14,817 nucleotides of DNA from Octopus sinensis. Its lineage: Eukaryota. The stretch spans positions 1-14,817 of the forward strand of contig NW_021825782.1 in NCBI RefSeq assembly GCF_006345805.1. Reading direction: 5' to 3'. The notes beneath the pieces were generated by a model that was given only the letters and a program-made list of their open reading frames with translations, was not told where the DNA came from and searched no databases. Position 1 is the stretch's first letter; every line of letters begins with the position of its first letter. This document shows, one piece after another, positions 8,445 to 14,817 of the stretch. The position numbers and the translations under genes are program-made.

Positions 8445-8639
8445 TTTTATTATTATTATTATTATTATTTATTATTATTATTATGCTATTATTATTATTA
8501 TTATTATATTATATTATTATTATTATTATTATTATTATATTATTATTGCTATTATTATTGCTATTATTATTATTATTATTATTATATTATTATTATTATA
8601 TTATTATTATTATTATTATATTGCTATTATTATTATTGC

Positions 8640-8682
<43 letters not shown>

Positions 8683-8688
8683 TTTTGC

Positions 8689-8743
<55 letters not shown>

Positions 8744-8790
8744 GCTATTATTATTATTGCTATTGCTATTATTATTATTATTATCATTGC

Positions 8791-8831
<41 letters not shown>

Positions 8832-8880
8832 TATATTATTATTATTATTGCTATTATTATTATTATTATTATTATTATTA
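8445..8880. repeat. Long (ATT)n microsatellite with ATTGCT variants
   Basis: Direct reading; source of the poly-L/I/Y/N pseudo-ORFs. Confidence 0.97.
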
Positions 8881-9307
8881 CTTGGAAGATCTTTCTCGGT
8901 GTATATGTTATTAAAACATAGAAAGAAGAAAGAAACGACTGAAAGTGACCCTGATCCACGGTAAAGGTCAAATTGAACAGCAACAGAAAAAAGAATGCTA
9001 TTTAACATTCAGATAATATATGAGTTGCATGTTTGTGGTTTAACGTGTGTGTGGTGGAAACCGGAGTGGTAAGGGAGAACGTGAAGGAGGCGGAGAGAGG
9101 AGTTGATTTTTATATTTTTATTTTTATTTTGTTATATTTGTTTATATACATTTTTGTTATATGTACGTGTGTGTGTGTGTGCATTTTTGTTGTGTGTATT
9201 TTTTCATTGTACTTTTATTCTTGTTGTTTCATGGCGATGGGTATACCTGTAAATGATAACAGTTGTCTTGTCTGTTCCATGTGTTATATATTGGCTACAC
9301 TTACATG

Positions 9308-9395
9308 ATGGCGGTGATGGTGAAGAAGGTGTTGGTGGTAGTGGTGGTGGTGGTGGTGGTGCTGCTGGTGGTGCTGGTGGTGGTGGTAATGATGA
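9308..9395. repeat. Degenerate (GGT)n trinucleotide repeat
   Basis: Direct reading. Confidence 0.9.
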
Positions 9396-9419
9396 AGGTT
9401 ATATACATGCATATGAGGG

Positions 9420-9534
9420 GTGATATACATAGATATACATATAAATATATATATATATGCATTCACACACACACATACACACATTTATAAATATATAATC
9501 TAGTATCTTATAAGCACTCACAAACACACACACA

Positions 9535-9589
<55 letters not shown>

Positions 9590-9966
9590 TTAATACGTAT
9601 ATATGCGTGTGCAGATATGCACGTGTTCATACATATACATATGCGAGTATATGCGTGTGTGTATGTATATATTTACGTATGTATATATGTACATATGTAA
9701 ATATGTATGAATACGGAGACACGCGCACACACATGCGTATGTGTACGTGTGTATTTGTGAGTTTCGCAATATTCTGCTACATTTATGATTTTATATATAT
9801 ATATATATATTTATGTATGTATGTATGTATGTATGTATGTATGTGGATGTGTGTGTGTGTACATATATGCATATATTTATATATATGTATACATATATAT
9901 CTTTTAATGTGTGTGAATTCATGCACACACTCATACAAACACATCTGCACACACACAAATACACAT

Positions 9967-9997
<31 letters not shown>

Positions 9998-10062
9998 CGT
10001 AATTATGAATGTTGATATATACATGGAAATGTGTGTTAGTGTGTGTAATTGTATGTGTAATA

Positions 10063-10105
<43 letters not shown>

Positions 10106-10205
10106 GTAAATATATATACATGCACACAGTTGCGCACACGCACACACACCATATATATATATACATACGTATGTATACATACATATATACATACATATAT
10201 ATACA
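9420..10205. repeat. Compound CA/TA/TG/TATG low-complexity tract
   Basis: Direct reading. Confidence 0.9.
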
Positions 10206-10662
10206 TGAAACTAAGAAGCAAATTTCAGTTTGTTTAGATTTCTTTGTTTTGCTCACGTCAGTTAGTACATCACAACCTACCTGAATAATCAATGTAGAAA
10301 TGCTATTGACCTATTTGAGTTATCTCCCCTATTACTCATTTTGAGTAACTGTGTATGCCGTCCAAAATGCACTCTAACTCTTCTACTTGTAGAAATCTCT
10401 CTGTTCAGCGAACAAAGTACCTTTAATGTTATACTGTGCTAATGAGGTTCAGTAAAGCTGAAACATGTGTGTGGATGCCCCTTCCTTAACCCGCTAAAAA
10501 TATATAAGGTAATCTTTCTAAGCTTTAAAAATTAAAATTCCAGAGATATAATTTTTTTTTATTTCATAAAGTTATCTCCCCTTTTATTCGTGTAAGAACT
10601 CTCAGTTTTCGTTTTGCTCTGCAACTAAACGGTAAATGCATCCGTCGTTTACTGCATTATGC

Positions 10663-10821
10663 GACAGGATTCCTTCAATTTCCGTGTACCAGATCCACTT
10701 ACAAGGATTTAGTTGGCTCGAGGCTATAGATGACACCTATCCAAGGTGTCACGCAGTTGGACTGAACCCAGGACCATGTGGTTGGGAAGCAAGCTGCTTA
10801 TCACACAGCCACGTCTATGCC
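10663..10821 (-). mobile_element. Diverged head/CORE-like part of the composite SINE
   Basis: Aligns with 7791-7950 (ccaaggtgtcacgcagttggactgaacccaggaccatgtggttgggaagcaagc). Confidence 0.88.
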
Positions 10822-11274
10822 ACGCCTCTGTATTTCCTCAATACCTCTGAATGTCCAATTTGAAAGGGAACGGCTGTTGTACACCTCACACACAACAGCT
10901 AGCAAAACCAAGGTTAAGAACAGGATCCTATTGTGCACCATGCTATTGCGTAAACCTGTCATGGAATTTCTAAGAAGTATATCTAGGTGTTAAGTCTGTT
11001 TTAACGAGGTCATATATTGGGCTAATATGTTTTACACTGTTCTGGTTGTTATATTAATAACATACGAAATTATTACTGAAACATAATTGCATCAGTCCAA
11101 ATTTATGGAATTGATCGTAAATACCATATAAATAACATTAAACGCATGTTTTTACGTGTAATAACGCATTGTAAATAAACAATGCATCTCATAAATTTAT
11201 AATGTCACTGCTTTTGAAAGCGAAAGTAGAACGAGTAGATGAAATGGTGAAAGAGATATAATGCACACACTCGC

Positions 11275-11480
<206 letters not shown>

Positions 11481-11860
11481 ATGTGTGTATCTTACTAAAC
11501 ATATGTAGTATATATGTATATATATATATATAATACATGCTTGTGTGTGTGTGTGCGAATATGTATGCGTCCGCGTGTGTACGCGAGGTTCTCTGAAATA
11601 TGAGAACGTTTACATGTGTGTATAATTCTATTTGTATATATGGAAACAGATGTGTACTATATGTACACAAATGAGTGTATATTTTCTTTAATACGTACTT
11701 ATGCGTTCATGTGTGTGTTTTATAATATACATAAGGCATGTGAGGGCATATGTATGTATATGTATATATATACATAATAGGACAAATACAATACACAAAC
11801 ACACACAAATATACACACACAGACCACATATACACAACATATATATATATACATATATCC

Positions 11861-11895
11861 GACAGGCTTCTTTCAGTTTCCGTCTACCAAATCCA
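11861..11895 (-). mobile_element. 35-bp fragment of the composite SINE
   Basis: gacaggcttctttcagtttccgtctaccaaatcca matches 7791-7825. Confidence 0.85.
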
Positions 11896-12097
11896 ATAAA
11901 AACGTAACCGACGAATATATATATATATATAAACATACATTAGCTTATTAGCTGCAGGGTAGATTTCCGATCTCAGCGCGCCAAAGTGAAGGCATTTGAA
12001 AGATACACATAAATTTAATTGGTTGGACTCTACGCATGCGAGACTCCGGTCAAACGTTTTTGTATCTAGTCCTGCAATTTGTATTTCTATATGACGA

Positions 12098-12164
12098 CTA
12101 TGCTGAAGAGATTGCGGGCATTCACATGCGTGGATAATGACGATCGAAACTGATCAGTACATAG
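12098..12164 (+). ncRNA. Type I hammerhead ribozyme with canonical core
   Basis: Stem I CUAUG/CAUAG, core CUGAAGA, stem II GAUUG/CGAUC, GAAA, palindromic stem III ACUGAUCAGU, triplet GUA; predicted cleavage after A12159. Confidence 0.85.
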
Positions 12165-12344
12165 GTAACCATTTTTATTTCGTATATTTTCATTTGTCTT
12201 GCTTATTTTTAAGACTTTGGTTCGTGCTGGTTTCTTTTTTTTTTATTTGAGAACATATTTTTTTTGGAAAATAGCGATTTGACGTCTATATCTAGCATGT
12301 TGACCGTCCACTTTTAGTGGCCAGTCCTTTAAATTTTGTATATA

Positions 12345-12429
12345 AACATACAGATATATATGTATATATGTATATATTTATATATATATATATATATGTA
12401 TACATATATATATATATGTATAAACACAC

Positions 12430-12475
<46 letters not shown>

Positions 12476-12477
12476 TT
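12345..12477. repeat. Compound (TA)/(TACA)n microsatellite
   Basis: Direct reading. Confidence 0.9.
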
Positions 12478-12515
12478 AAAAAAAGGAGATGTCGAACACG
12501 AGTGGTGATATATAA

Positions 12516-12725
12516 AAAAGGAAATGAAGAAAATGCTGACAAATAATTGAAGTAATTTAAGTAATTTAATTAGGTGAAAGTTCTTTTTACCGGTTGCGCA
12601 TTTTTTATGCTTATCAAAATATTTTGATAAGCATAACAAATGCGCAACCGGTAAAAAGAACTTTCACCTAATTAAATTACTTAAATTACTTCAATTATTT
12701 GTCAGCATTTTCTTCATTTCCTTTT
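12516..12725. repeat. 210-bp zero-spacer palindrome (105-bp arms, one mismatch) flanked by (TA)n
   Basis: Centre between 12620 and 12621; only mismatch T12604/C12637. Confidence 0.98.
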
Positions 12726-13260
12726 ATATATATATATATATATATATATAGTATTATTAATATATATATATATATATATTATGGGGTATATAAGCATAAT
12801 ATATGAGTAAAGGCGCAGAATAAGGTTTCTGGTTCCATCGCAGTATGTAGCGCGCTAAGATGATATCTTCTTGTAATAACTCTGGTTCACCCAATCTTTG
12901 CGAGAGAAATTTGATAGCTAGAAACTGTAAAGAAGCCCAACCAGCCTTGTCACAAAACATGTCAAGCTGATTCTGTCTGAGAGCTACATTAAGTGTGCAG
13001 ATGTCTATGGAGTAGTCAACCACTTGTAAGTTAATATAATGGGCAGGTAATTCAGATGATCCAACAACATATATAGATATTCATATACATATGTGTGTGT
13101 GTATAGGTATTTATATTTATATTCAAATGTAAGTATATATTTATATACATAATATATGTATATGTTACCGCAAACACACACACACACTCACGCACACACA
13201 CACACAAACATACAAACTCACGCACACACTCACATTAACACACACAGTCGCATAGATACA

Positions 13261-13405
13261 CGCATAGGCTGTGTGGTAAGAAGTTTGCTTTCGAAACACA
13301 TGGTTCCGTGTTCAATCCGCGTTGCAACTTGGTCAAGTGCATTCTACTCGGGCCTCTGGCCGACCAAAGCTTCGTAGACGGAAACTGGAAGATGCTCCTC
13401 GTATA
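13261..13405 (+). mobile_element. Diverged, internally deleted head of the composite SINE
   Basis: ggctgtgtggtaagaagtttgctt...cacatggttccgtgttcaatcc...cttggtcaagtg...gtagacggaaactggaaga. Confidence 0.85.
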
Positions 13406-13464
13406 TATTGTGTGTGTCTGTACACATATATATGTGTGTATATATGTGTGTATATATATGTGTG

Positions 13465-13505
<41 letters not shown>

Positions 13506-13591
13506 ATAACGTTGATAACGAAGAGGAGAGTGGTGATTTTATTCACATCCAAAACCTCTTTATTTAAAGGTCTTCTACAACATACACATCA

Positions 13592-13673
13592 GACCTACAT
13601 ATGTTTCGACTTCAGCGACTGCACATTGCTTTGTATGCAATTATGCATTCTAGTCGTTGCAATTTCATCAAGG
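13592..13673 (-). ncRNA. Degenerate type I hammerhead with long stem II
   Basis: Minus strand UUGAUGA, 13-position stem II with 10 pairs, GAAA, palindrome ACAUAUGU, GUA. C3U change, unpaired 10.1/11.1, and only 2 bp of stem I. Confidence 0.5.
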
Positions 13674-13936
13674 ATTCATCACTCACAACGTTTTCAAAGT
13701 GAACTGGATTCAAACAAGCATCCTGTGTTGGTTTTCAGTGGAAGGTAATAGCATAGCATTATTATTTTTATTCGATGAATTGCTGGTTTTATAATCATCT
13801 TTTCAGTAGCGTTACTACTTACATATCTTATAGAGAGTTTAGAAGTAGCTATTGTGTTTGTTGCAATATCAGCGGCTGAATGTCGCTTATTTTACTGCTT
13901 ATTGCGAGCTGGGTCGAACGACTGCCATGTCTAGGA

Positions 13937-13999
13937 GACAGGTGTCCAGAACTGACGAAGGGAAATAGCCTGAAACCAGGCAGGTCTATTGTTCTTGTC
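13937..13999 (+). ncRNA. Type I hammerhead ribozyme with extended stem I
   Basis: CUGACGA-AGG(GAAAUAG)CCU-GAAA-CC(AGGCA)GG-UC. Proximal stem I CAGAA/UAUUG (one mismatch), distal GACAGG/CUUGUC. Predicted cleavage after C13986. Confidence 0.75.
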
Positions 14000-14401
14000 A
14001 CCGCTAGATGGTCGGAGTTTGCTCCCCCCGATCGCAATAAATTGGACACAGGTAGTGTCGTTAACCAGCTGGAGGAAATATTGTGGCATACTGAAGTGGC
14101 AGCAGACATTACTTTTCAGTATTGCTTTATACGTCTGTTCAGAGTTGCCTCCCTTAGAAACATCCCATCGACAAGAGCCAATGAACTAGAAACATCGATG
14201 TCTGGAGTTCCTGATAGATGACGACTCTAAACAGACAGGGTGTTTTCACACCTTATGGTAATAAGAGAGATATTTTCTCCACAGTAACTGAAGTGTATTT
14301 GCTTCTTAGCTGTTGAAATATGTCACAAACTTATTTTCACTAACCTAAATATTGGTCATGATTAAACACTGCTAAGCGCTAACATTTCGTTCTGTGTGTG
14401 T

Positions 14402-14447
<46 letters not shown>

Positions 14448-14470
14448 TGGTGTGTGTTTGTATGTATTCC

Positions 14471-14684
14471 CTTGTTTCAGTCATTTGACTGGAGCATTGC
14501 CTTGAAGCGTTTTAAACGAACAAATCGACCCCAGGACATATTTTTAAAGCCTAGTACTTATTCTACCGTTTCTTTTGCCGAACTGCTAAGTTTCGGGGAC
14601 GTAAACAGACCAACAACGGTTTGCAAGCAGTGATGTGGGACAAACACAGACATAAAGACAAACACACACACAAATACACACACT

Positions 14685-14731
<47 letters not shown>

Positions 14732-14817
14732 CACACACACATATATATAACGACTGGCTTCTTTTAGTTTCCGTCGACCAAATCCACTCACAAGGCTTTG
14801 GTCGAACCGAGGTTATA
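14471..14817 (-). mobile_element. Diverged composite SINE running off the window end
   Basis: Aligns with 7560-7857. An 11-bp deletion (cggccatgctg) lies between ctg microhomologies in the tail. Internal (CA)n expansion. Confidence 0.88.

Noticed and set aside
12757-13023. 88-aa ORF with ICTLNV...LLQE, resembling an APE endonuclease N-terminus
   Set aside because: Motif spacing (about 39 aa) looks too long and no downstream endonuclease motifs are present; an exon cannot be excluded without RNA-seq.
14175-14210. GAA-ACAUCGAUGU-C with CCA/UGG pairing, resembling the 3' half of a dimer-type hammerhead
   Set aside because: The CUG of the core and stem II are missing; at best a deleted relic.

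Overview
AT-rich, microsatellite-dense, non-coding animal DNA. The SINE families look like those of Octopus (recognised from memory; needs BLAST/Dfam). No host exon or intact CDS can be supported; most listed ORFs are microsatellite read-through. The window holds two families of tRNA-derived SINEs, a complete 515-bp non-autonomous Helitron, the 3' end of a CR1-like LINE whose tail matches one SINE family, a 318-bp inverted duplication with a third partial copy, and a 210-bp zero-spacer palindrome. The main hidden signal is a set of mutually unrelated type I hammerhead ribozyme motifs of the kind associated with Penelope-like elements. Two are near-canonical (12098-12164 and 13937-13999, both +). 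One core variant (523-564, -) sits in a 600-bp terminally repeated element whose 5' end lies 6 nt from the predicted cleavage site. Weaker relics also occur, one apparently split by the Helitron. All folds were derived by eye and none was tested.
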